A stretch of 39,420 nt of DNA. Origin: Pseudomonadota bacterium (lineage in GTDB: Bacteria; Desulfobacterota; Desulfobacteria; Desulfobacterales; RPRI01). Shown here piece by piece: positions 16,479 through 25,342 of this stretch (position 1 is its first letter; the number at the start of each line of letters is the position of its first letter). The notes under the pieces are model-generated. The model was not told the DNA's origin. It made no database searches and was given only the letters and a program-made list of their open reading frames with translations. The position numbers and the translations under genes were made by a program. Location: the NCBI GenBank assembly GCA_043825875.1, contig JBDRRF010000089.1, positions 1 through 39,420 on the forward strand, given 5' to 3'.

Positions 16479-17189
16479 ATGGGATGGTTAGAAGATATTG
16501 CCAAAAGACTTCCTGTTGAAAAAGCATATTTTGATGCCTTACAACCTGCTTTCAGAGAAATAGGAGATGTGGCTAGAAATACTATTAAAGCCTCTCGATT
16601 TATACTTGCTCCTATAGATTACTTGGCAGCACAACAAGATAGATACCAGTCATTTCTAAAAAAGGTTAACGAAAGGGTTCCTGAAGAAAGAATGATTCCG
16701 GCACATCCTCAAATTTCTGGTCCGGTTATCGAGGGACTAAGGTATATTGAAAAAGACAGTATTTTGGCAGAACTATTTATAAATCTTCTTGCCAGAGCAA
16801 TTGACAAAGAAAGAGTAAATGAGGCTCATCCTGCATTTGCAAATATCATTTCTCAATTATCGCCAGATGAAGCCTTCATAATTTTCAATCTAAACAAGAA
16901 GGATTTCAAACTCAAACAACATTCAAAGTTTTTTCCTGAGACGCATACTTTTGGACCACGGAAAACTATTGCTAATGAATTTCCTGTAGCAGAATTGGTG
17001 TATCCAGATAATTTTTTTTTGTACATGGATCATTTGCATAGTTTAAATATGGCTGGCGTATGGCAACATGGAAATCAAGAATCAATAATGGATGGTAATA
17101 TTCAGACCGGGGTTCACATAAACAACATCACTCAGCTGACTATATTTGGGAAATTATTTGCCAAAGCATGTATGCCAAACAAATTATAA
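16479..17189 (+). CDS. cassette 2: DUF4393/Abi-alpha family protein
   Basis: P..P.I.GP..EGLRY, LFINLLARAID, HPAFANIISQLSPDEA, QLT.FGKLF..AC motifs. Confidence 0.75.
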   Translation: MGWLEDIAKRLPVEKAYFDALQPAFREIGDVARNTIKASRFILAPIDYLAAQQDRYQSFLKKVNERVPEERMIPAHPQISGPVIEGLRYIEKDSILAELFINLLARAIDKERVNEAHPAFANIISQLSPDEAFIIFNLNKKDFKLKQHSKFFPETHTFGPRKTIANEFPVAELVYPDNFFLYMDHLHSLNMAGVWQHGNQESIMDGNIQTGVHINNITQLTIFGKLFAKACMPNKL

Positions 17190-17195
17190 AACAAT

Positions 17196-17244
17196 GTATA
17201 ACCAGTTATTTAACGCGGACTCGCTGAATAATTCTATTTTAGCC
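17196..17244 (+). mobile_element. attC site 2 (degenerate)
   Basis: GTATAAC complementary to cassette start GTTATAC; ends TTTAGCC, complementary to GGCTAA of the next cassette; central hairpin eroded. Confidence 0.6.
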
Positions 17245-17257
17245 CCACGAGAAACAA

Positions 17258-17629
17258 ATGAAATATTTAGAAGAAGCAAAATCAATTTGGAAAAGCTTTG
17301 TACCTAAATCAGGACAATCTGATACTGTCCAAGGAGAATTACTCAGATCAGTTGAAAAACTACGTGATGAAGCTATTCGGAATGGAAATGGGAACTGGGA
17401 CAAAGGTTTCGTAATTTTATTAAGTTTCATCTCCAAAAAATTAGATGACCAAGATGTATTTAGCATGGATACCCGGATTGAAATTAACAAAATTCTTGAA
17501 AGATTATCAGATTTTGAGTCTCCCTATTTAGAGGACGACTATTACGATTTTCTTGGTGATTGTGTTGTTGAGTATTTTCAGCATTATGGTTCTCAACCCT
17601 ATAGTCACAATAAAGAGTTGTGGCGCTGA
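17258..17629 (+). CDS. cassette 3: hypothetical protein (immunity-protein-like)
   Basis: W...VP.SGQ.DTVQGELLR...KLRDEA..NGN.NWD motif, which I recall from domains attached to ankyrin proteins. Confidence 0.7.
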   Translation: MKYLEEAKSIWKSFVPKSGQSDTVQGELLRSVEKLRDEAIRNGNGNWDKGFVILLSFISKKLDDQDVFSMDTRIEINKILERLSDFESPYLEDDYYDFLGDCVVEYFQHYGSQPYSHNKELWR

Positions 17630-17631
17630 GG

Positions 17632-17737
17632 GGCTAACAATCGAATAAATGCTGATGACCAAAAAAGCCGAGTTTTGGTTTCGTAAATTTTATGGCTGTC
17701 GTTTCGGGTTTTTCGTCAGCTTATTCACGCGTTAACT
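17632..17737 (+). mobile_element. attC site 3
   Basis: GGCTAAC...GAATAAATGCTGATGACCAAAAAAGCCGA / TCGGGTTTTTCGTCAGCTTATTC...GTTAACT. Confidence 0.75.
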
Positions 17738-17751
17738 GCGTCATAAGAAAA

Positions 17752-18300
17752 ATGATTGATATTGAATCAGTAATACAGAAAAAGGCTAAAAAATTAAGGG
17801 CCATCGCTGATGGGCTTGTTGGTCTATATCCGATAGAAACAAAAACAGTTAAGTTTAATACGAAAATTCTCGATCATGAATCAAATCCTCCTGAATTAGT
17901 GAATGAATTTTATACTTGGGAAAAGGTGCAGAAATCAATTTTTGTTTATTATTTTTCAGTATTGCAAGATGCGGATTTGGAAATAATCCAGAAAAGAATT
18001 ACTGATGCAAAAAAGGAAAAGCTTGCCCAAAGAGCTTACCCTCGTATCAATTCACCTTCAAGATATCTTTATGTAGGAAGCTCAAGAGAAATCGCTAAGC
18101 GTATAAAAGAACATCTCGGATTTGGGTATGAAAAAACTTATGCTATGAATCTTGCGTTCTGGTGCAATGATTTGAATTTGGACATGGACATCTTTTGTAT
18201 GCGCTATAATCCAACAGCAACAAAAGAAGTCATCCAGGCATTTGAAGATGGATTATGGGATCATCTAAAACCACTTTTAGGAAGGCAAGGAGCAAGGTGA
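17752..18300 (+). CDS. cassette 4: GIY-YIG nuclease-like protein
   Basis: FVYYF ... YLYVGSS..IAKRIKEHLG ... E..LW..LKPLLG. The ATG at 17692 lies inside attC3, so 17752 is preferred. Confidence 0.65.
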   Translation: MIDIESVIQKKAKKLRAIADGLVGLYPIETKTVKFNTKILDHESNPPELVNEFYTWEKVQKSIFVYYFSVLQDADLEIIQKRITDAKKEKLAQRAYPRINSPSRYLYVGSSREIAKRIKEHLGFGYEKTYAMNLAFWCNDLNLDMDIFCMRYNPTATKEVIQAFEDGLWDHLKPLLGRQGAR

Positions 18301-18302
18301 GC

Positions 18303-18362
18303 AGTTAAACCAACAAATGGTGCCAACTCAAAAAGCCGGGCGGCACATTTTGATCGTTATTG
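18303..18362 (+). mobile_element. attC site 4
   Basis: GCAGTTAAAC complementary to cassette start GTTAACTGC; stem AAATG(G)TGCC / GGCACATTT; ends GTTATTG. Confidence 0.7.
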
Positions 18363-18374
18363 GCGTTGAAAGAT

Positions 18375-18806
18375 ATGAATGAAATACCATTAGGTGTTGA
18401 AACATTTGTATTATTCTTTGGAATTTTTTCTCTTGTCGCAATTCCATTAGTTTTTATAATTTATTTTGTGAACCTATGGCTTAATAAGAGAGATCCAAAC
18501 AGAGAAATTCGACGTTATGCTCGCCCGATATCAAAAATTGAGAAATGGATTCGATCATTTGCTGGTTTTCTAATGATCATTCTTGGTGTCATTCAGGCTT
18601 TGTGGCCCTTTTATGCAATATTCATTTTAAAAGAGCCGGAATATCTTAAGGGCATTAATTTTTCTGACAATATATTTATATTAATTTTTAAAATGAAACA
18701 GTTCTTTGTTTTACCTTTATTATTGGTCTCGGCTGGAATTTTTTATATAAAAACGAGTCGAAAAGGTTTTCGTAAAAAGCTAACAAGTGAAGAAATTAGC
18801 TTATAA
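18375..18806 (+). CDS. cassette 5: 3-TM hypothetical membrane protein
   Basis: Hydrophobic ORF whose stop overlaps TTATAAC. Confidence 0.65.
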   Translation: MNEIPLGVETFVLFFGIFSLVAIPLVFIIYFVNLWLNKRDPNREIRRYARPISKIEKWIRSFAGFLMIILGVIQALWPFYAIFILKEPEYLKGINFSDNIFILIFKMKQFFVLPLLLVSAGIFYIKTSRKGFRKKLTSEEISL

Positions 18807-18927
18807 CCTGGCAGTTCAGGTAACAGCCAGGGCTGAGCCGCTTTAGCAGTTTGATATTAAATTGAAATTTTATCGTTTATATAAAAGTCAGTGGGGACCC
18901 TGGCTGTCTCTGACTTCTGCGATTACT
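18801..18927 (+). mobile_element. attC site 5 (long form, R' mutated)
   Basis: TTATAAC...TCAGGTAACAGCCAGGG / CCCTGGCTGTCTCTGA...GATTACT with an AT-rich central loop. Confidence 0.65.
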
Positions 18928-19293
18928 CTCTTTCTATTAGTAATGAACCGTTTCTAAAAAATCCGATAGCATTTCTTTGTAGCATTTTAACCCGAAGCTA
19001 CGTACTGGTTTATTATCGGGTTATTAATGGAAGAAACATGCTTTTTAATACGGTCTGGCAGTGTAGTTTCTTAGGAGGTGCTATACGTAACAATAAAGAG
19101 GTTTATTTGGCGGAAAAAAAGTTTGTTATATAAAAAGGGGAATCAGGGATGTATTGATCTTTTAAACTTGCTGGGAATCGTTCAAGCGCGCAACTTTTAT
19201 ACCTCATAATTTAGAAAAATTGTGTTAACTTATTTGAAACTATCCGTTATCAGGCATTGGTAAGAAACATAGTGATTGTCTCCAGAGGTGGTG

Positions 19294-19341
19294 TGAAAAT
19301 CCAAAGTCGAACTTGATATTTTCACAAAAACAGGGTACTCT
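19294..19341 (+). promoter_or_regulatory. sigma70 promoter with overlapping inverted repeat; probably leaderless transcript
   Basis: TTGATA(19313)-N17-TACTCT(19336-19341), ATG at 19348, no SD; IR TGAAAATCCAAAGT-CGA-ACTTGATATTTTCA. Confidence 0.55.
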
Positions 19342-19347
19342 GTCGGC

Positions 19348-20517
19348 ATGATAAAAAGAGACATAACTGCAGAACTGCTTGAGGCCGCAGGCGAATACCC
19401 GGTGGTAACAGTATTCGGGCCGCGCCAATCGGGAAAAACTACGCTTGTTAAGATGGCTTTTCCAGGCAAATCATATTATTCTCTGGAAGATCCGGATGTG
19501 CGTATGGCTGCTGAAACAGATCCCAGGGGTTTTTTGGACAACCTTAAAGATGGTGCTGTGCTGGATGAGATTCAGCGAATGCCGCAATTGTTGTCTTATA
19601 TTCAGGGAATAGTTGATCGGTTGAATAAGCCGGGCATTTTCATTTTGACCGGAAGTCATCAGCCCGAACTGCACCAGGCAGTAAGCCAAACACTAGCCGG
19701 AAGAACAGCAGTATTGAAGCTTTTGCCTTTTTCACTTTCCGAATTGCTTAATTATAAAAAAAACTGGGATGCGTATGAATTAATATCCAAGGGATCATAT
19801 CCACGTGTCCATGAGGAAAATCTGAAACCGGCCCGTTTTTTCAACAGTTACATGCAGACCTATGTGGAAAGAGATATACGTGCTCTGATCAACTTAAAAG
19901 ACCTGACAACTTTTCAGCAGTTTGTCAGATTGCTGGCCGGACGTATCGGGCAGATTGTGAATTATGCTTCGCTCAGCAATGACGTTGGTGTGTCTGCAAC
20001 TACAATCAAAAACTGGATTAGTGTCTTGAAAGCTTCATTTGTTGTTTTTGAACTTCCTCCTTTTTTCCAAAATATAAGCAAACGAGTAGTCAAATCACCA
20101 AAAATTTACTTTAATGATACAGGACTGGGGGCTTATTTAATCGGAATAGAAACTCCGGAGCAGGCTTTTAGGGATCCATTACGTGGCGGTCTTTTTGAAA
20201 ATCTGGTTATAACTGAAATTCTAAAAGAACATCTTAATTGCGGGGAGAATCCGGAACTCTTTTTTTATAGAGACACACACGGCAATGAAGTTGATTTAAT
20301 TATCAGAAAGGGAAGAAAGCTGATTCCGGTTGAAATAAAATCAGCGGCAACCTTTACGCCCGACTTTCTTAGAGGTATTGAACAATTTCAAAAAACTGCC
20401 GGCGAAAGATGCGCACCTGGATTCGTTTGCTACAACGGCTCCGAAGAATATACACTTAAAGGTATTCGTGTGTTGAATCCCATAAAAAATGGAAGAGTTC
20501 TCAAGAATTATCCCTGA
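19348..20517 (+). CDS. AAA+ ATPase (AAA_14) with DUF4143 domain
   Basis: GPRQSGKTT, LDEIQR, ILTGS, SQTLAGR, TYVERDIR, KSPKIYF.DTGL, GGLFEN, FYRD..G.EVDL, PVEIKS. Confidence 0.92.
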   Translation: MIKRDITAELLEAAGEYPVVTVFGPRQSGKTTLVKMAFPGKSYYSLEDPDVRMAAETDPRGFLDNLKDGAVLDEIQRMPQLLSYIQGIVDRLNKPGIFILTGSHQPELHQAVSQTLAGRTAVLKLLPFSLSELLNYKKNWDAYELISKGSYPRVHEENLKPARFFNSYMQTYVERDIRALINLKDLTTFQQFVRLLAGRIGQIVNYASLSNDVGVSATTIKNWISVLKASFVVFELPPFFQNISKRVVKSPKIYFNDTGLGAYLIGIETPEQAFRDPLRGGLFENLVITEILKEHLNCGENPELFFYRDTHGNEVDLIIRKGRKLIPVEIKSAATFTPDFLRGIEQFQKTAGERCAPGFVCYNGSEEYTLKGIRVLNPIKNGRVLKNYP

Positions 20518-20564
20518 TTGGAATAACTTATAGCAGAGCTGGTGGAGTGCGATTAATTAAATAA

Positions 20565-21581
20565 TTAAATACCCCATCGTGCTCTGAATCCTCTGGTATC
20601 CACATGCACAAAAGGGCCGTGATTGTAATTTTTTTTGTACCTCCCAAGTCCTCCGATAAAAGGAACATAGAAATGCTTTTCATACATATTGTCGATAATA
20701 TCGTATAAAACAGCGGCATCCCGGTAATCTGTTTCACCGTTTATGTCAAGATCGTCCATCATGCCGTCTTCGGGATTTTCATCAATAAATATATCTGCCG
20801 CTCCTCCCCAAACATGGCGACTGTATTTTACGTTACCGATAAGTTTGTTATAATACGGTGTCCTGTAGCCACTCATTATGCTGAATGTACCACAGGGATA
20901 TCCCGATTCATTTGTTTTTTTCAGAATTAATTCCAATTTTAAAACCAATCTTTCTTTTAAAACCAGATATTTGGGATAACCGCCTGCCTGTTTGCATAAA
21001 AACTGATTTATTTTAAAATGGGGCGAAATGAGCGTTTCCTGATTATCCGCTGTTATTTCAATAAATCCTTTTGGCTTATTATAAATAGCTAATTTTTTTA
21101 AAGGAATGTCAGGATATTTTCCGATTCGATATTTATTTAAATATTCACCTTTTAATTGTTTAAATGGAATCATCACGAAAACATTTAACATCATTGAATC
21201 AATAGTTTGATTATTTTGAATCTTAAGCTTGTACAACCCTTTTGAAGCAGGCGCTTGCCATTTGTATTCTCTGTTGACTAATTGTGATGAAATGTCTTGT
21301 TCATTTGTCACCAGATAGCTGTTGTTTTTATTGTCATCAAGAATTTCGATATGTAATACTTCATTTGGCAAAACGAAAATACCAACTATGTTATATGGTG
21401 AAATTTCCTGTTTAAATTTAATCTTGAAACCGGCTTTTTCCGGCGAATACTTTGCGTAAATCAAATCTGCTTTGAAAACAATTAACAGTAAAAAAAGGAG
21501 TCCCCAAATAATATAACGAAACCTATGTGTTTTCATGCTTTTGATATTCATAACCTGTTTCTCATACGAATTTAATAACAA
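20565..21581 (-). CDS. peptidase M15A family (MepK/YcbK-like) with N-terminal extension
   Basis: ISPHFK...F.CK, IMSGYRTPYYN, SRHVWGGAADI, GGLGRY, FVHVDTRG..ARW; start may be 21551 or 21536. Confidence 0.8.
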   Translation of the reverse strand: MLLNSYEKQVMNIKSMKTHRFRYIIWGLLFLLLIVFKADLIYAKYSPEKAGFKIKFKQEISPYNIVGIFVLPNEVLHIEILDDNKNNSYLVTNEQDISSQLVNREYKWQAPASKGLYKLKIQNNQTIDSMMLNVFVMIPFKQLKGEYLNKYRIGKYPDIPLKKLAIYNKPKGFIEITADNQETLISPHFKINQFLCKQAGGYPKYLVLKERLVLKLELILKKTNESGYPCGTFSIMSGYRTPYYNKLIGNVKYSRHVWGGAADIFIDENPEDGMMDDLDINGETDYRDAAVLYDIIDNMYEKHFYVPFIGGLGRYKKNYNHGPFVHVDTRGFRARWGI

Positions 21582-21589
21582 ATTCGGGG

Positions 21590-23275
21590 TTAATTTGCCG
21601 GCGGGGCTTCTTTTAATGCTTTAAGAAGGGGCTGGTCCCGTTTATATATATCATTTCGGAAATTAATCTGACCATCTTCATTTGCCCAGGCAGTCCAGTA
21701 TAAAATATGTACCGGAATCGGTTCCGGCAAACGGACTGTTTGTTCCATCCGTTTATTAATCGAGGTTATGATTTTATCCCTAGTCCAGTTTGGGTCGTTT
21801 TTTAAAACATATTCTGCAAGTTCTATAGGTTTTTGAATGCGAATGCAGCCCGAACTGAATCCGCGTTCCGTCTTTTGAAACAATTCCTTGCTTGGGGTAT
21901 CATGTATATAAACATCAAACTGGTTTGGAAACATAAATTTTATATCACCTAATGAATTATCCGGGCCTGGTTCCTGCCTGAAACGATAAGACAGGTTTTT
22001 ACCGGTTATTTTAGACCAATCAATAGTTGCGGGGTCAATTTCTTTTATATTTTCACCCCAGCCCTGAAAAACTTTTATATTCTTTTTTGCCAAATAACCG
22101 ATATCTTTTTTGACATCGGTTAAAATATCTTTTACTGCAATTCCCGGGGGAATTTGCCAATAAGGGTTTAAAACCAAATATCTCATTAAACCACTAAATA
22201 CGGGCGTCCGTCTGTATGTTTTTCCAACAATTGCATGCATTGTCATTACTTCTTTGTTGTCTTCAAGCACATCCAATTCAAAGTTTGCTATGTTTACTAT
22301 TATGTATCGCTTCCCCAGATTATTCGGCAGCCAGCGCCAGCGTTCCATGTTTACTTCAATTTGCTCGATTCGCTCATTCACGGATTTATTCAAGGCGGAT
22401 AAAGTCATTTTACCAATCGCCCCGTCAATATCCATACCATGTCGTTTCTGAAATAGTTTAACAGCTTCCTCCAATTCATTATCGAAATAATCAGATTCGG
22501 GAGATTGATCGGCTTTTAAATCGTTTGTCATGGATAGCCGTTTTCGCAGGGCAACAATTCTTTCGCTTTTATCGCCTTTTTTTAAACTTTGGCCTTCAGG
22601 AATAGTTTGCCAACCACCTTTTTCTAAAATATTTCTATAAAATGCTAAGGCATCCCTCAAACTCTTATAACCTGATTGCGATGGAAGAAAACTCTGAAGT
22701 GAATCTTTTATATTATTATATTGAAATGCATTTTGAAGAACTTCCGACAAATCTATTTCATGGCGATATGCAAACCATTCCGAATCAATGGTTTGCGGAT
22801 TAACACGACCGGCTAAATAATGTGAACCTAAAAGAAGATAGGCATCAGTGAGAAGAAGTTCAAGATCGACTAACCGGCTATAGAAAAAAGGTTTCGGGTT
22901 TTTTTGATTCTTTTTAATATCTTCAAGCATTCTTGTAATATTTGCTATGTGATAGTCAGATGGTTCCAGTCCTTCTTTCGCTGCATCCTGGATTGATTTT
23001 ATCAATTCGTCAATATTGTTAACCGGTCCATTATTATCGAACCAAGCCGGTACATAAACTTTGTTTTCATAAAATTTTAATAACATGGTTGAGGCATGGA
23101 TTCTTTCTTCGCCAACCATCAAAGCCGGCGGGACTCCGGCAGATTCGATCCGATTGCGCAATTTTTCCTGTAACTGACCAATTAAATCCGGATCGTACGC
23201 CAAACCAAAGACGACATAAAAAAAGCAGCTTAAAAATAAAGTTACAATAGACATTGAAATAGTTTTTCTTTTCAT
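21590..23275 (-). CDS. ldtD: L,D-transpeptidase with peptidoglycan-binding domain (YcbB/LdtD)
   Basis: FQKRHG..DGAIG, NMERWRWLP, VNIANFEL, TPVFS..., NPYW, RQEPGP.NSLG.IKFMFPN, YIHDTP...FSSGCIRI. Confidence 0.9.
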   Translation of the reverse strand: MKRKTISMSIVTLFLSCFFYVVFGLAYDPDLIGQLQEKLRNRIESAGVPPALMVGEERIHASTMLLKFYENKVYVPAWFDNNGPVNNIDELIKSIQDAAKEGLEPSDYHIANITRMLEDIKKNQKNPKPFFYSRLVDLELLLTDAYLLLGSHYLAGRVNPQTIDSEWFAYRHEIDLSEVLQNAFQYNNIKDSLQSFLPSQSGYKSLRDALAFYRNILEKGGWQTIPEGQSLKKGDKSERIVALRKRLSMTNDLKADQSPESDYFDNELEEAVKLFQKRHGMDIDGAIGKMTLSALNKSVNERIEQIEVNMERWRWLPNNLGKRYIIVNIANFELDVLEDNKEVMTMHAIVGKTYRRTPVFSGLMRYLVLNPYWQIPPGIAVKDILTDVKKDIGYLAKKNIKVFQGWGENIKEIDPATIDWSKITGKNLSYRFRQEPGPDNSLGDIKFMFPNQFDVYIHDTPSKELFQKTERGFSSGCIRIQKPIELAEYVLKNDPNWTRDKIITSINKRMEQTVRLPEPIPVHILYWTAWANEDGQINFRNDIYKRDQPLLKALKEAPPAN

Positions 23276-24825
23276 TTAGTTCCTTTGGTACTGGCACGGA
23301 TACCAAGCTTGCGCATTTTGGTCCGAAGTGTTGAAGGATTTATTTCCAGAATCTTTGCTGCGCCGTTTTCACCTCCTACACGGCCATTGGACATTTGCAG
23401 GGCTTTTACTATTGCTTGCGACATTGTTTGTTCAAGACTGAAAGGATTTTTCCCGTTACTCTCAGGTGTTGTTGTTTCTGTGCGAGGGATGATATCACCC
23501 AGATTGTCGAAGGCCAGTGGTTTTTCCCTGCTGAGGATAAGGGCGTGTTCAACTGCATTTTGAAGTTCCCGGACATTTCCGGGCCAGTCGTAGTTCATAA
23601 GTTTTTCAAGTGCCCCGGGTGCGAGGGTGGGGGTCTCTAAAAAACCCAGCTCTTGAGTCTTTTTCACCATAAAATATTGGATCAAAGCAGGAATATCGGC
23701 GCGTCGGTCACGCAGAGGCGAAATTGCAATCGGAAAAACCCGAAGGCGGAAATAAAGATCTGTACGGAACTTGCCTTCTGCCAGCATGGTTTCCAGATTG
23801 CGGTGCGTAGCAGTAATAACACGGATGTCAACCTTGATGGTTTCTGTCCCGCCAACCCGTTCTATTTCCTTTTCCTGGATTACCCGCAAGAGCCTGATCT
23901 GTGCTCCGGGAGTTAACTCGCCGATCTCATCAAGAAAGATCGTACCGCCATGGGCCCGCTCAAAGCGGCCTCGTTTCTGAGAAAGGGCTCCGGTAAATGC
24001 TCCCTTTTCATGTCCGAAAAGCTCGCTGTCCATAAGGGATTCAGGGATGGCACCGCAATTCACTTTAATAAAAGGACCGTTTCTTCTAAGCGACAGATTA
24101 TGAATGGCTGTTGCTATGACCTCTTTTCCTGTTCCTGTTTCCCCCAACAAGAGAACAGGACTGGAAAGGGGCGCAACCTGACCGACCTTTTCCATGACCT
24201 GCTTCAGACCGAAATGGGCGCCCACGATCTCTTCTCCTGCCTGCTGCAGTAACTCATCCTGCAAGTACCGGTTGTCATCCGCAAGAACCTCTTTGAGCCG
24301 CAGTACTTCCCGGTAACGTAAATAATTGCTGAGCGCAATGGAAAAGGGTTCATTTAAAAGAGTAAACAGTCTTACATGTTTTTCCGAGTATTTTTCCCCT
24401 CTGTTATTACCGACAAGAATGCCGGCAATAAAATCCCATTCCGGGTTTGGCCCGATTGCCATAAAAGCGGCATCAGGGTGGCCAACAATATCGGACATTG
24501 GGCCCAAAATCGGATGATCGCCAATTCGGTTGGCCACCAATATCTTTGGTGTCATTTCAGGGTTTATTCGCAATTCCTCGATAAGCTTTTTAGTATCCGC
24601 CGGAGCAACGGTTTTGGCGGATATAAGTTTCCCTCCGCTTAAATCTGCTTTTGCAATGGTTTCCCCAATTCCGGTTTCCGGATCATAAATATCTATAAGT
24701 ATGATATCTGCCGGGATATAGTCACGGATATACATAAAGCAGTTCCATAGCGCTTTTTCGATCTCCAGACTACTGCAGATGCGCAGCGTAGCTTCCCGGA
24801 AAAAATAATTTTCATCTATCGGCAT
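23272..24825 (-). CDS. sigma54-dependent transcriptional activator, close paralog of 6331..7893
   Basis: Same architecture and near-identical motifs (GETGTGKE, GAFTGA, WPGNVRELQN, INPSTLR); stop overlaps ldtD start. Confidence 0.95.
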   Translation of the reverse strand: MPIDENYFFREATLRICSSLEIEKALWNCFMYIRDYIPADIILIDIYDPETGIGETIAKADLSGGKLISAKTVAPADTKKLIEELRINPEMTPKILVANRIGDHPILGPMSDIVGHPDAAFMAIGPNPEWDFIAGILVGNNRGEKYSEKHVRLFTLLNEPFSIALSNYLRYREVLRLKEVLADDNRYLQDELLQQAGEEIVGAHFGLKQVMEKVGQVAPLSSPVLLLGETGTGKEVIATAIHNLSLRRNGPFIKVNCGAIPESLMDSELFGHEKGAFTGALSQKRGRFERAHGGTIFLDEIGELTPGAQIRLLRVIQEKEIERVGGTETIKVDIRVITATHRNLETMLAEGKFRTDLYFRLRVFPIAISPLRDRRADIPALIQYFMVKKTQELGFLETPTLAPGALEKLMNYDWPGNVRELQNAVEHALILSREKPLAFDNLGDIIPRTETTTPESNGKNPFSLEQTMSQAIVKALQMSNGRVGGENGAAKILEINPSTLRTKMRKLGIRASTKGTK

Positions 24826-24912
24826 TAGTGTCTCCCATTATTTATGAACTCCAAAAAAGTCCGAATTTTGATAAGCAGTCAAAATAGGTAGTCAAAATAT
24901 AGCTTATTACAA

Positions 24913-24957
24913 TCTGTAAAGCAATAAGCGTGAAATGCAACGCGTAAGGCGTTGCAT
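24913..24957. promoter_or_regulatory. putative UAS
   Basis: CTGTAAAGCAATAAGCGTGAAATG resembles CTGTAACGCAATAAGTGCGAAATG at 7931; perfect IR ATGCAACGC-N5-GCGTTGCAT (24935-24957). Confidence 0.55.
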
Positions 24958-25014
24958 ACAATAACTTTGTTTGTTGCATTCGTTTATATATCTGTATTTG
25001 CTAGATAAATATTT

Positions 25015-25030
25015 TGGCACGTTTTTGGCT
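25015..25030 (+). promoter_or_regulatory. sigma54 (-24/-12) promoter
   Basis: TGGCACGTTTTTGGCT, GG-N10-GC. Confidence 0.8.
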
Positions 25031-25060
25031 AATACATAAAAAGGGAAAGTGAGGTAAATT

Positions 25061-25342
25061 ATGATGAAACTTCTGGAGATAATAGCTGTTCGAACATCCG
25101 GCCATTTTGCGGAGCAGGCCCGCCAATATTTGAAGGAATTTTGCCAAACTTTAAAGGGACCGCCGATTCCGGAAATGAACTTTTATATAAATTCTGCCAC
25201 CAACAGTGATATCAGCGTAATTCTCCAGTGGCAGGAACGGGAACAACCAAACACAAAAACAGATGTAGGATTTAGTTTGGCCAGTGGTCTGAAGCGGTTT
25301 GGTCTGGTAGATCATACCTGCTGGGTTATGATGGAAGATTAA
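25061..25342 (+). CDS. small conserved hypothetical protein, paralog of 2989..3282
   Basis: RBS GAGGT; shared N- and C-terminal motifs. Confidence 0.75.
   Translation: MMKLLEIIAVRTSGHFAEQARQYLKEFCQTLKGPPIPEMNFYINSATNSDISVILQWQEREQPNTKTDVGFSLASGLKRFGLVDHTCWVMMED

Larger units (their letters stand above)
16040..18927 (+). mobile_element. integron gene-cassette array without integrase (CALIN), 5 cassettes
   Basis: Five co-oriented unrelated ORFs, each followed by an attC-like hairpin; the first four have cassette starts complementary to cassette ends. Confidence 0.85.

Noticed and set aside
17692..17751. N-terminal extension of cassette 4
   Set aside because: Falls inside attC3, upstream of the recombination point
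18891..19133. 80-aa ORF after the cassette array
   Set aside because: Starts within attC5, has no RBS and no recognisable features
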